A DNA stretch of 64,000 nucleotides from Acidimicrobiia bacterium. Its GTDB lineage: Bacteria > Actinomycetota > Acidimicrobiia > IMCC26256 > JBMOIW01. Shown piece after piece: positions 46,263-54,712 of the stretch (positions within the stretch are counted from its first letter, which is position 1; every line of letters begins with the position of its first letter). The translations under genes were made by a program, and so were the position numbers. The notes under the pieces are model-generated. The model saw only the letters and a program-made list of their open reading frames with translations. It made no database searches and had not been told where the DNA came from. The stretch covers positions 2,121-66,120 of the forward strand of contig JBMOIW010000002.1 of assembly GCA_049317145.1 (NCBI GenBank), in the 5' to 3' direction.

Positions 46263-48515
46263 ATGGGAATGCGCGCAGCACACACGGACGAGCAGCGGAT
46301 TGATCTCCCCATCGAAGGGATGACCTGCGCATCCTGCGCAGCCCGCATCGAACGCGGCTTGCGCAAGTTGGACGGGGTTTGTGACGCATCCGTGAACTAC
46401 GCAACCGCGCAGGCAACGGTGCGGTACCAGCCGCAGCTCGTCGATACGCAATCGTTTCGCTCGACCATCGAGCGCCTCGGATATCGCGTTCCGGAAGTGG
46501 AAACTGATGATCCTGAAGCCAACGCGCTGAAGGACGTCCGGATCCGCTTGATTGTTGCGGTGGCGCTCTCGACACCGGTGATTGCCATCTCCATGATCCC
46601 GGGGTTGCAGTTCTCCGGGTGGGCGTGGGTCTGCGCGGTATTGAGCGCGCCGGTTGTGGCCTGGTGCGGATGGCCGTTTCACCGCGCTGCGTTCGTCAAC
46701 GCGCGCCACGCCACGGCCACGATGGACACCCTCGTATCGATCGGCACGCTTGCCGCGTGGGGATGGTCGCTGTACGCCCTCGTCGTATTGGGCGCAGGCA
46801 GCGCTGGCATGGAGATGGTGATCCCGCACCCCTTTGCGACAGATGCAATGAACGCGCACGTGTATTTCGAAACTGCAGCCGCGATCATTTCGCTGATCCT
46901 GCTGGGCCGATTCTTTGAGTTGCGGTCGCGCCACCGATCCGGCGCCGCGTTGCGCGCGCTGCTGGCCTTGGGTGCGACCGATGCGGAACTCGAAAACGGC
47001 GACCGGGTGCCGGCCGCGAGTCTCGAAGTCGGCGATCGTTTTGTTGTGCGTCCCGGTATGCAGATCGCTACCGATGGCGTTGTCGTCGCCGGCGCATCGG
47101 CGGTGAATATTGCAATGTTGACTGGTGAGCCTGTACCCGTGGACGTGAGCGCTGGTGACGACGTGTTTGGGGCAACGGTCAACGTGTCGGGGCGTCTTGT
47201 AATCGAAGCGCGGCGCGTCGGTGCCGATACCGTGCTTGCACAGATCGCGCGATTGGTCACCCAAGCTCAGGGCAGCAAAGCGCCGATTCAACGGCTTGCC
47301 GATCGCATTGCTCGCGTATTTGTTCCGATTGTGTTGCTCATTTCGCTTGCGACGCTGGTGTTGTGGCTCCTCACTACGGGCAGTGTGGAGGCGGCAATAA
47401 CCGCTGCGGTGGCAGTGCTCATCATTGCTTGCCCCTGCGCGCTGGGGCTTGCGACTCCGACAGCAATCATGGTGGGCACGGGTCGGGCGGCCCAGTTAGG
47501 CATCGTGATTCGTGGTGGTGAAGTGCTCGAAGCAACGCAACGTGTCGATGCAATCGTGCTCGACAAAACCGGCACGCTTACACAGGGAGCGTTGCGGGTC
47601 GTCGGTATTGCCACGGCTCCTGGTGTCACAACGGAAGAGGCGCTGCGGGTGATTGCAAGTGCCGACGCCGGAAGCGAGCATCCCATCGCGCGAGCAATCG
47701 TGGCCGAAGCGGGCGCCCGAGGCCTCGACTTGTTGCCAGCAGCTGATTTTGTGAATACACCGGGAGCGGGAGTACGCGCCACGATCGATGGAGAACTCGT
47801 GCGGATCGGGCGTGCAGCGTTCGTCGGGGAGCTGCATCCAGAGCTCGCACGCTCCCTTGAAGTGCCGGAAAACACGGCAGCAACAATCATCTATGGAGCT
47901 TGGGGTGACGCGTGCAGCGCTGCGGTTGTCCTCGAGGACACCATAAAGCCCGACGCAAAGGCTGCGGTATCAGCGCTGCAAAAACTGGGATTGCGAACAA
48001 TCCTGGTGACGGGAGATCAGCCGGGGCCTGCGCAGCGGGTTGCGCACGCCGTCGGTGTCGACGAGGTAATCGCTGACGCGCGACCCGAGGCCAAACAAGC
48101 GGTAGTGCGCGCATTGCAAGAGAAGGGATCGGTTGTTGCAGTGGTTGGTGATGGCGTCAATGATGCTCCTGCATTGGCGGCAGCCGATCTCGGAATCGCA
48201 ATTGGCACCGGAACGGATGTGGCGATTCAGGCCAGCGACATCACGCTCGTATCCGGCGATCCTGCTGCGATCCCGGATGCGATTCTCTTGGCGCGGCGCA
48301 CGCTCGCCATCATCAAGGGCAACCTGTTTTGGGCGTTTGCGTACAACGTTGCGGCCATACCGCTGGCTGCAATCGGGATTCTTAATCCGGTGATTGCGGC
48401 GGCAGCGATGGGGTTTTCGAGCGTGTTCGTGGTGAGCAATTCGTTGCGCTTGCGTCGATGTACCGGCATACGCGTGCCAAGCGGGTTCAGCGAATCGCCA
48501 AGATCCCCGCAGTAA
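46263..48515 (+). CDS. copA: copper-translocating P-type ATPase
   Basis: HMA 'GMTCASCAARIE', 'CPCALGLATP', 'DKTGTLT' and 'GDGVNDAPAL'. Confidence 0.92.
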   Translation: MGMRAAHTDEQRIDLPIEGMTCASCAARIERGLRKLDGVCDASVNYATAQATVRYQPQLVDTQSFRSTIERLGYRVPEVETDDPEANALKDVRIRLIVAVALSTPVIAISMIPGLQFSGWAWVCAVLSAPVVAWCGWPFHRAAFVNARHATATMDTLVSIGTLAAWGWSLYALVVLGAGSAGMEMVIPHPFATDAMNAHVYFETAAAIISLILLGRFFELRSRHRSGAALRALLALGATDAELENGDRVPAASLEVGDRFVVRPGMQIATDGVVVAGASAVNIAMLTGEPVPVDVSAGDDVFGATVNVSGRLVIEARRVGADTVLAQIARLVTQAQGSKAPIQRLADRIARVFVPIVLLISLATLVLWLLTTGSVEAAITAAVAVLIIACPCALGLATPTAIMVGTGRAAQLGIVIRGGEVLEATQRVDAIVLDKTGTLTQGALRVVGIATAPGVTTEEALRVIASADAGSEHPIARAIVAEAGARGLDLLPAADFVNTPGAGVRATIDGELVRIGRAAFVGELHPELARSLEVPENTAATIIYGAWGDACSAAVVLEDTIKPDAKAAVSALQKLGLRTILVTGDQPGPAQRVAHAVGVDEVIADARPEAKQAVVRALQEKGSVVAVVGDGVNDAPALAAADLGIAIGTGTDVAIQASDITLVSGDPAAIPDAILLARRTLAIIKGNLFWAFAYNVAAIPLAAIGILNPVIAAAAMGFSSVFVVSNSLRLRRCTGIRVPSGFSESPRSPQ

Positions 48516-49809
48516 CGATGAGCCCCACTGCGATGAAGGCCGCGGCCCCGGTGATCGTTAGGGATAGCCAGCCTGAGCGGTGCTCACCCATGATGCGTTT
48601 GTCGCGCGCCAGGATCATCATCAGGACAATCAGCGGCGGTGCACACACGCCGTTGAGGATTGCGGCGTAGTACAGCCCCCGGATCGGATCGAGCCCACCG
48701 AAGCCAAGGGCGAGCCCAATCGCCATGCTGAGCAAGATCACGGTATAGAAACCGCGCGCTTGCCGAAAGTGGGACGACAAGCCTTCATGCCAACCGAATA
48801 CCTCGGCTACTGCGTACGCCGTCGCTCCCGCTAACACCGGGACGGCGAGGAGACCAAGGCCAACGATGCCAAGGGCGAACACTGCGCCAGCAAGATTGCC
48901 GGCGATGGGTTGCAGGGCCTCGGCCGCCTGCGCAGGCGTGTTGATTTGCGTGATCCCAGCCGGATGGAGGGTCAGCGCCGAGGCCACGATGATGGCGAAC
49001 GCGATGAGGACCGCCGAAACCATCCCGCCAATCACATCGACTCGCATTGCGGTGAGGTGTTGCGGGCGCACATCAGGAGTGGCCCGCGGCGCGACCTCAC
49101 CTTCTTCTTCGACCTCTTCGCTTGCCTGCCAGAAAAACAGATAGGGCGAAATGGTGGTACCAAACACGGCAATAAGTGCAATGAGTTCCCCCCGAGTGCC
49201 GCTGAAGGTGGGTATCAGCGCGGCACGAAGCACTTCGAGCCAATCGGCGTTCACCATGAACAGCACCACGAGATACGCGCCGAGGGAAAGCGCAAGCCAG
49301 CGCAAGATCTTGCTGTAGCGATGGTAGGGAACAAATACCTCGAGTGTGACAATGACGAGGGCAAAGCCGACAGTCCACACCGCAGGATTCACCGGAGCAA
49401 CGACTGCCGTCGCCGCACCCATTGCTTGTAAATCGGCGGCGATATTAAAGGTGTTGGCAATAGCGACTAACAGCACTGCAAACAGCACAATGAGTTTGGG
49501 AAACCGGCGGCGCATGAGCACGCCGAGTCCCTGCGCGGACACCAATCCGATACGCGCAGCCAGTTCCTGAACGGCGATTGCCAATGGACCGACTGCGAGC
49601 GCAGACCACGACAATGCAAGCCCGAACGCGGCGCCGACTTGCGAGTAGGTGCCGATGCCGGACGGATCGTCGTCCGCGGCACCGGTGACCAGACCAGGCC
49701 CAAGACGTTTGAAATACCCGTGCCCGCGCAGTGTCCTGCGCGTCGGATGGTGATGTCGCCAACGCCGCAGTAGTCGTGCGCGCGGCGTTGGGATCAGGGG
49801 CGTGGGCAC
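48487..49809 (-). CDS. NRAMP-family divalent metal transporter
   Basis: 'GPGLVTGAADDDPSGIGTYSQVGA' plus about 11 TM segments. GTG start. The 3' end overlaps copA by 29 nt (convergent). Confidence 0.85.
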   Translation of the reverse strand: MPTPLIPTPRARLLRRWRHHHPTRRTLRGHGYFKRLGPGLVTGAADDDPSGIGTYSQVGAAFGLALSWSALAVGPLAIAVQELAARIGLVSAQGLGVLMRRRFPKLIVLFAVLLVAIANTFNIAADLQAMGAATAVVAPVNPAVWTVGFALVIVTLEVFVPYHRYSKILRWLALSLGAYLVVLFMVNADWLEVLRAALIPTFSGTRGELIALIAVFGTTISPYLFFWQASEEVEEEGEVAPRATPDVRPQHLTAMRVDVIGGMVSAVLIAFAIIVASALTLHPAGITQINTPAQAAEALQPIAGNLAGAVFALGIVGLGLLAVPVLAGATAYAVAEVFGWHEGLSSHFRQARGFYTVILLSMAIGLALGFGGLDPIRGLYYAAILNGVCAPPLIVLMMILARDKRIMGEHRSGWLSLTITGAAAFIAVGLIVTAGILAIR

Positions 49810-49870
49810 CGATGCAGTATGTCCGAACCGCAGGAGAGAAATCGGAGTTTGTGAGTAGGCTTTGGCCCCG

Positions 49871-50728
49871 ATGGAAATTCGTCAGCTGTTTGGGCTTGCG
49901 CCAACGTTGAGCTTCGAGTTCTTCCCTCCGAAGACGGCAGAAGCAGAAATGACGTTCGCTGCCACGCTGCAGGACTTGTCGACGCTAACGCCGTCATTTG
50001 TTTCTGTGACCTACGGCGCTGGCGGTTCGACGCGGGAGCGGACCCACGAAATTGTCGTGCGGCTGCTTGAAACGACCCCACTGCTTCCCATGATGCATCT
50101 CACCTGCGCCGGGCATTCGCGGGCGGAGCTGGTGGGAATGCTCGAGACGTACCGCGCCCAGGGACTCGCCAATGTGTTGGCATTGCGGGGGGATCCGCCG
50201 CCGGAGCTTGGGCTTCCTCCGGGTGATCTTTCGCACGCACGCGACCTGGTTGCGTTGTGCCGGGAAATCGGCGGCTTCTGTGTGGCGGTTGCGGCGCACC
50301 CGGAAGGGCATCCATTGTGCCCGGACCCGGACCTCGACCGCGAGCGTCAAGCGGAGAAACTACGCGACGCAGACTTTGCGGTCACGCAGTTCTTTTTCGA
50401 TGTCGACGTCTACACGCGATTCGTCGACGACATGGCCGCACGCGGCGTGACGACGCCAATTGTGCCCGGGATCATGCCGGTGACGAACCTTTCGCAAGTG
50501 GCGCGCATGGCGCAGTTGTCCGGCGCAGCGTTTCCCGCATGGCTCGAAGCGCGGCTCGCTCAAGGCGGAGACGATCCCGAGGGTGTGCGCGCAATCGGTA
50601 TCGAAGTAGCGACTGAACTGTGCGACGCGTTATTGCGCGCGGGTGCGCCGGGACTCCATCTCTACACCCTCAACCGTGCGAGCGCGACGCGCGCCATTGT
50701 GAGCAACTTGGGACTGCGTGTTCGGTAG
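49871..50728 (+). CDS. metF: methylenetetrahydrofolate reductase
   Basis: 'SFEFFPPKT' and 'SVTYGAGGSTRERT'. Starts at ATG 49871 (the track TTG at 49862 is an alternative). Confidence 0.9.
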   Translation: MEIRQLFGLAPTLSFEFFPPKTAEAEMTFAATLQDLSTLTPSFVSVTYGAGGSTRERTHEIVVRLLETTPLLPMMHLTCAGHSRAELVGMLETYRAQGLANVLALRGDPPPELGLPPGDLSHARDLVALCREIGGFCVAVAAHPEGHPLCPDPDLDRERQAEKLRDADFAVTQFFFDVDVYTRFVDDMAARGVTTPIVPGIMPVTNLSQVARMAQLSGAAFPAWLEARLAQGGDDPEGVRAIGIEVATELCDALLRAGAPGLHLYTLNRASATRAIVSNLGLRVR

Positions 50729-50812
50729 TAATGGAACGAGCTTTGCGGACGGTTACCGGTCAACACAACGCGAGCGGGCGGCAGCCCGGCACGGGTTTTC
50801 CGTTCTTGTCGG

Positions 50813-50844
50813 ATCGCAGCCGTGTCCGTGCCTGCGGCTGCGAT
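50813..50844 (+). terminator. possible terminator hairpin downstream of metF
   Basis: atcgcagccg-N12-cggctgcgat followed by ttgtcgg. The U-tract is weak. Confidence 0.3.
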
Positions 50845-50884
50845 TTGTCGGCGATTCTTGCGTAGCGCTTGTACCATTGCCGCG

Positions 50885-51184
50885 ATGAGTCCCCTCCCAT
50901 TCCTAATCAATGAGGACGAGCTGCGTTCGATCTGTTTACGCTATGGGATCGCTCGCCTTGAACTCTTTGGCTCAATGGTACGAGGCGACGCGACGCCGCA
51001 AAGCGATGTGGATCTCCTCTACGAATTGAGCCCGAATGCAACTCTGGGCTGGGAAATTGATGCGCTGGAACAGGAGTTGAGCGAACTCTTCGGGCGCTCC
51101 GTAGATCTTGTGGCGAAACGCGCACTTCATCGCCGGTTGCGTGCGCGCGTGCTGGCGGAAGTAGTTGAGTTGTATGCAGCGTGA
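50885..51184 (+). CDS. mntA: nucleotidyltransferase-family antitoxin (MntA-type)
   Basis: 'LELFGSMVRGDATPQSDVDLLYEL' (GSxxRG...DxD). Trimmed to ATG 50885. Confidence 0.8.
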   Translation: MSPLPFLINEDELRSICLRYGIARLELFGSMVRGDATPQSDVDLLYELSPNATLGWEIDALEQELSELFGRSVDLVAKRALHRRLRARVLAEVVELYAA

Positions 51185-51518
51185 TCTTGTTCTGCTCGAC
51201 GAGATCATTGATGCGTGCAGCCGCGGCGTTGAACTCACCCGTGGGCTCGATCAAGCAGCGCTCGAAGCGGATGAGATTTGACGCGATGCATTACTGTGGA
51301 ACTTCTCGGTTCTCGGTGAGGCAATCTCGCAGTTGTCAGCGGAGACAAAAGGTTCTCGCCCAGAAATCCCTTGGGCTCGGCCAATCGCGCTGCGAAATCG
51401 CATCGTCCACGGAAACTGGTCGATCGATTTCGAGATTCTCTGCAACACCGCCCGTGCCGATGTGCCAGGTCTTTTGAATCAGATGCTCGAAATCCGCGCC
51501 GCGCTCGCTGAGGAGTAG
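51174..51518 (+). pseudogene. hepT: HepT/DUF86-type toxin gene interrupted by an in-frame TGA (51279..51281)
   Basis: A single frame from ATG 51174 (11-nt overlap with mntA) reads 'MQRDLVLLDEIIDACSRGVELTRGLDQAALEADEI*RDALLWNFSVLGEAISQL...PWARPIALRNRIVHGNWSIDFEIL...'. There is one internal stop, and the active-site region reads RNRIVHGN where Rx4HxY is expected. Confidence 0.7.
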
Positions 51519-51622
51519 TGCGTTACCAGCTCGTGATACGACGTCACTCAAGTACAGGGGCTGAATGCTGGTAGCGGCAGTGGGTTGAACACAACACGCG
51601 AGGGCGTATTCGCAGGTACGAA

Positions 51623-51652
51623 GTTGCCCCGCGCCATTTGGCACGGGGCAAC
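51623..51652 (-). terminator. GC-rich hairpin immediately 3' of tRNA-Ser(CGA)
   Basis: gttgccccg-N12-cggggcaac. No clear U-tract. Confidence 0.4.
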
Positions 51653-51654
51653 GA

Positions 51655-51742
51655 TGGCGGAGGGAGTGGGATTTGAACCCACGGTGACTTGCGCCACAAT
51701 GGTTTTCGAGACCATCCGATTCGGCCGCTCTCGCATCCCTCC
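51655..51742 (-). tRNA. tRNA-Ser (anticodon CGA), CCA encoded
   Basis: The reverse complement is GGAGGGATGCGAGAGCGGCCGAATCGGATGGTCTCGAAAACCATTGTGGCGCAAGTCACCGTGGGTTCAAATCCCACTCCCTCCGCCA. Anticodon stem ATGGT/ACCAT with loop CTCGAAA. Confidence 0.9.
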
Positions 51743-51784
51743 GGGCGGGCAGTGTAATGAGTTCGCCGCGCGGAGTGCCTTGGC

Positions 51785-52246
51785 CTAGCGCCGAGACGTG
51801 AAAAACGCCGTCAGGAGTGCTGCGGCATCCTCGCTGCGGAGGCCGCGCTGGATGGGGAATTCGTGGTTGAGGCGAGGGTCCGCTCCGAGGTTGTAGACGC
51901 TGCCGAGCGCTCCAGCTTTTTGGTCGCCCGCACCGAATACCACGGCGCCGATGCGCGCGTTCACGAGTGCGCCGGCACACATCGGGCATGGTTCCAGGGT
52001 CACGACGCATGCGTATTCGTCGAGCCGCCACGAACCGACAATTCTTGCGGCATCGCGCAGTGCAAGCACCTCGGCGTGCGCGCAGGGATCGTTAAGGAGC
52101 TCGCGTTCGTTATGGCGTGCCGCAATGATGCGCCCAGTCGTGCGTTCGACAATCACCGCACCGATCGGTACGTCGCCATGCTGCACAGCGGCGTCAGCCT
52201 CAGCGAGTGCAACGTCCATGGCAGCGGCGACGGCCTCGGGGTTCAT
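51785..52246 (-). CDS. tadA: tRNA-specific adenosine deaminase
   Basis: Trimmed to ATG 52246 (153 aa). 'CAHAEVLALR' (HAE) and 'TLEPCPMCAGAL' (PCxxC). Confidence 0.9.
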   Translation of the reverse strand: MNPEAVAAAMDVALAEADAAVQHGDVPIGAVIVERTTGRIIAARHNERELLNDPCAHAEVLALRDAARIVGSWRLDEYACVVTLEPCPMCAGALVNARIGAVVFGAGDQKAGALGSVYNLGADPRLNHEFPIQRGLRSEDAAALLTAFFTSRR

Positions 52247-52253
52247 GCACTGC

Positions 52254-52259
52254 AGCGTA
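52254..52259 (-). promoter_or_regulatory. putative -10 (TACGCT) 7 nt upstream of the tadA ATG (leaderless-type arrangement)
   Basis: The minus strand reads TTTTC-TACGCT-GCAGTGC-ATG. Confidence 0.3.
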
Positions 52260-52270
52260 GAAAAGTTGTC

Positions 52271-52295
52271 GGGCCGGGTGCAGTGCACCCGGCCC
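52271..52295 (-). terminator. GC-rich hairpin 3' of tRNA-Ser(GGA)
   Basis: Near-perfect palindrome gggccgggtgca-g-tgcacccggccc. On the minus strand it is followed by GACAACTTTT. Confidence 0.45.
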
Positions 52296-52300
52296 TTGAG

Positions 52301-52385
52301 CGGAGGGAGTGGGATTCGAACCCACGGTGAGTTTCCCCACACACGCGTTCCAGGCGTGCCGATTCGGCCGCTCTCGCATCCCTCC
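52301..52385 (-). tRNA. tRNA-Ser (anticodon GGA)
   Basis: The reverse complement is GGAGGGATGCGAGAGCGGCCGAATCGGCACGCCTGGAACGCGTGTGTGGGGAAACTCACCGTGGGTTCGAATCCCACTCCCTCCG. Anticodon stem CACGC/GCGTG with loop CTGGAAC. No CCA is encoded. Confidence 0.9.
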
Positions 52386-52388
52386 AGT

Positions 52389-52516
52389 GGCCCGCCGGAC
52401 CGCTCGGTCAGGCAACCCGGCGGCACCCGGAACGTTCCGCTGAGAGCTGCTTCCTTCCGGACCTGACTCGATTCACGGGTTTCCGTCGCGCCGGACCCGA
52501 CCGTGGCCGGCGGGCC
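52389..52516 (-). ncRNA. ffs: signal recognition particle RNA (4.5S / small SRP RNA)
   Basis: The minus strand carries the domain IV hallmark GUCAGGUCCGGAAGGAAGCAGC (reverse complement of 52446..52467, GGAA tetraloop) and a 3'-side GGGUGCCGCCGGGUUGCCUGAC. The terminal helix GGCCCGCCGG/CCGGCGGGCC sets the approximate ends. Confidence 0.75.
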
Positions 52517-52523
52517 GGTCGGG

Positions 52524-52529
52524 AGTGTA
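52524..52529 (-). promoter_or_regulatory. putative -10 (TACACT) for ffs
   Basis: The minus strand reads TACACT-cccgacc-GGCCCGCCGG, placing the hexamer 7 nt before the predicted SRP RNA 5' end. Confidence 0.3.
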
Positions 52530-52540
52530 CCGGGCCGGGA

Positions 52541-52546
52541 TAGTGT
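52541..52546 (+). promoter_or_regulatory. putative -10 (TAGTGT) 7 nt upstream of the dnaX GTG (leaderless-type arrangement)
   Basis: TAGTGT-cggcgcc-GTG(52554), read directly from the sequence. Confidence 0.3.
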
Positions 52547-52553
52547 CGGCGCC

Positions 52554-54353
52554 GTGGCGCATCAATCTCTCTACCGAAAGTACCGGCCCCAGCGTTTCGA
52601 CGAGCTGGTGGGGCAGGAACACATCAGCGCAGCGTTGCGCAATGCGGTCCGGGAGGACCGGGTCGGGCATGCCTACTTGTTCTCAGGCCCACGGGGCACC
52701 GGCAAGACGACGAGTGCCCGGATCTTGGCCAAAGCGTTGAACTGTGCCGAACGCGCAACCGACGGTGAGCCGTGCGGAAAATGCGAAGCCTGTCTCGCCG
52801 TCGCTTCCGGAACATCGTTCGACGTCATCGAAATCGACGCCGCTTCCAATAACGGTGTCGATGAGATGCGCGAGCTCATCGAGAAGGTGGCGTATCGCAG
52901 CGCGGGCGGCGGACGCAAGGTGTACATCATCGACGAGGTGCACGAGCTGACGGGGCGCGCATCGAACGCCTTGCTCAAGACACTCGAAGAGCCACCGGAT
53001 CACGTCATCTTCGTGCTCGCAACGACGAACCCCGAGAAGGTGCTGCCGACCATTCGTTCGCGAACGCAGCACTTCGAATTCACGTTGCTGACGCAGGCCC
53101 AGCTCGTGGAGCACCTCGCCAGCGTCGTTGCCCAAGAACAAATCGAAGCGGACCCGGCAGCGTTGGATGCAGTGGCGCGTCGCGCTGCTGGTTCCGTGCG
53201 CGATGCGCTTTCGCTACTCGACCAAGCAATTGCGCATGGTGCGCTCGAGGGTGATGCGGTCGCCGAATTGTTTGGCGGTACGCCGTTCGCACAACGCCTT
53301 GCCATTTTGCAGGCCATTCACTCCGAAGATGCAGCATTGGTTCTCACGGAGTGCAATACCTTGCTCGAGGCCGGCAACGATGCACGTCGGGTCGCCGAGG
53401 ATCTGTTGCACTGCGCGCGGGATGCGTTTGTTGTCACCGCCGCGCGGGGACAAGTACGTGTCGATGTGCCCACCGAAGATGCGGTACAGCTCGAAGTGGT
53501 GGGACGTGATCTTGGTCCCGCAGGGACGATCCGCATCATCGAAACGTTGGGGCGTGCAATCGCGGACATGCGTGGCGCTGAAACTGCCGATCCACGGCTT
53601 GTTCTCGAAGTCGCGCTCATTACGTTGGCTCGTCGCGATGCCGGGACGTCCCTTCAGGCGCTGGCGGATCGGGTCGACCGACTCGAACGCGGCGCAGGCG
53701 CGTCGCGAGGTGATGCAGGAACTCGTCCCGCGCCGGCTGATGCTTCGTCCGCCGCGTCGTCCGCTCCGTCGGTATCGGTTTCGTCGGCTTCGACGACAAC
53801 GCCAACGCGCAGCGCCAGCGGGCCAAAGGCCGCGCTCGGAGCACTGCGCGCGTCGCGGGCGACACCAGCCGAACCCGAAGTTGCCGCAGCACCAGCAGTT
53901 GCGGCAGCGCCCGCGGCCACAACGCCATCGGGTCCGCTCGAGTTGGAGGAGATCATCACGGTATGGCCGGCAGTGCTCGGCGATCTTCCGATCGCAACGC
54001 GTTCTTCCGTCCAGGCCGCGTTGCCCATTCGTATCGAAGACAACAACGTCATCGTCTTCGGAGTCCCAAGCGCGGTCATCGAGGCAGCAAAGCCGCGGTT
54101 CCAGCGCGCGGCAGGCCCGATTCGCGAAGCGTTTTTGGCGCGTCTTGGACGCGAACCACGCTTCAAGCTTGTGGTGCACGAAGTCGAGGTTCCGCAAGCC
54201 ATGCCGAGCGATGCCGATGCAGTCATTGAAGAAATCGATGCCGAAGAGGTTGCACAACTCGAGACCGTTCGACCCAACGATCCGGCCCACACCCCTGTTG
54301 GGCGTTTGCTCGAATCGTTTGGCGGCGAAGTCATTGACGAGCAGCCGCGCTAA
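52554..54353 (+). CDS. dnaX: DNA polymerase III subunits gamma/tau
   Basis: Trimmed to GTG 52554. 'LYRKYRPQRFDELVGQEH', 'GPRGTGKTT' and 'IIDEVHEL'. The C-terminal region is Ala/Ser/Pro-rich. Confidence 0.9.
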   Translation: MAHQSLYRKYRPQRFDELVGQEHISAALRNAVREDRVGHAYLFSGPRGTGKTTSARILAKALNCAERATDGEPCGKCEACLAVASGTSFDVIEIDAASNNGVDEMRELIEKVAYRSAGGGRKVYIIDEVHELTGRASNALLKTLEEPPDHVIFVLATTNPEKVLPTIRSRTQHFEFTLLTQAQLVEHLASVVAQEQIEADPAALDAVARRAAGSVRDALSLLDQAIAHGALEGDAVAELFGGTPFAQRLAILQAIHSEDAALVLTECNTLLEAGNDARRVAEDLLHCARDAFVVTAARGQVRVDVPTEDAVQLEVVGRDLGPAGTIRIIETLGRAIADMRGAETADPRLVLEVALITLARRDAGTSLQALADRVDRLERGAGASRGDAGTRPAPADASSAASSAPSVSVSSASTTTPTRSASGPKAALGALRASRATPAEPEVAAAPAVAAAPAATTPSGPLELEEIITVWPAVLGDLPIATRSSVQAALPIRIEDNNVIVFGVPSAVIEAAKPRFQRAAGPIREAFLARLGREPRFKLVVHEVEVPQAMPSDADAVIEEIDAEEVAQLETVRPNDPAHTPVGRLLESFGGEVIDEQPR

Positions 54354-54378
54354 CCGAATTCAGGAGTAGGAGAGACTC

Positions 54379-54711
54379 GTGGCCAACCAGAAGCAGATCA
54401 ATCAGATGATGCGCCAAGTGCAGCAGATGCAGCGCGACATGGCTGCCGCACAAGAGGCGCTGGCGACGGAGACCGTTGAGGGCACTGCCGGTGGCGGAAT
54501 GGTGACCGCGACGGTGACCGGCGCCGGCGAATTGGTCGCCGTTGCTATCAAGCCCGAGGTCGTGGATCCCGACGACATCGAGACCCTCGAAGACTTGGTT
54601 CTTGCCGCAGTGAACAATGCACTCAAAGCCAGTCAGGGCTTGCAACAACAGCGTCTTGGTTCGGTAACGGGCGGCCTCGATATGGGCGCGCTCGGCGGGC
54701 TGCTCGGCTGA
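54379..54711 (+). CDS. ybaB: YbaB/EbfC-family nucleoid-associated protein
   Basis: 110 aa. '[19 protein letters not shown]...[16 protein letters not shown]'. Sits in the dnaX-ybaB-recR synteny. Confidence 0.9.
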   Translation: MANQKQINQMMRQVQQMQRDMAAAQEALATETVEGTAGGGMVTATVTGAGELVAVAIKPEVVDPDDIETLEDLVLAAVNNALKASQGLQQQRLGSVTGGLDMGALGGLLG

Positions 54712-54712
54712 C

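Noticed and set aside
51279-51281. Reading the in-frame TGA in hepT as selenocysteine or programmed readthrough.
   Set aside because: There is no SECIS-like hairpin immediately downstream. The position is not a catalytic Cys site in HepT proteins. The active-site motif is also degenerate, so pseudogenisation is the simpler explanation.
52554-54353. A programmed -1 frameshift site in dnaX (gamma/tau), as in E. coli.
   Set aside because: Reading through the gene, I found no A-rich slippery heptamer (A AAA AAG type).
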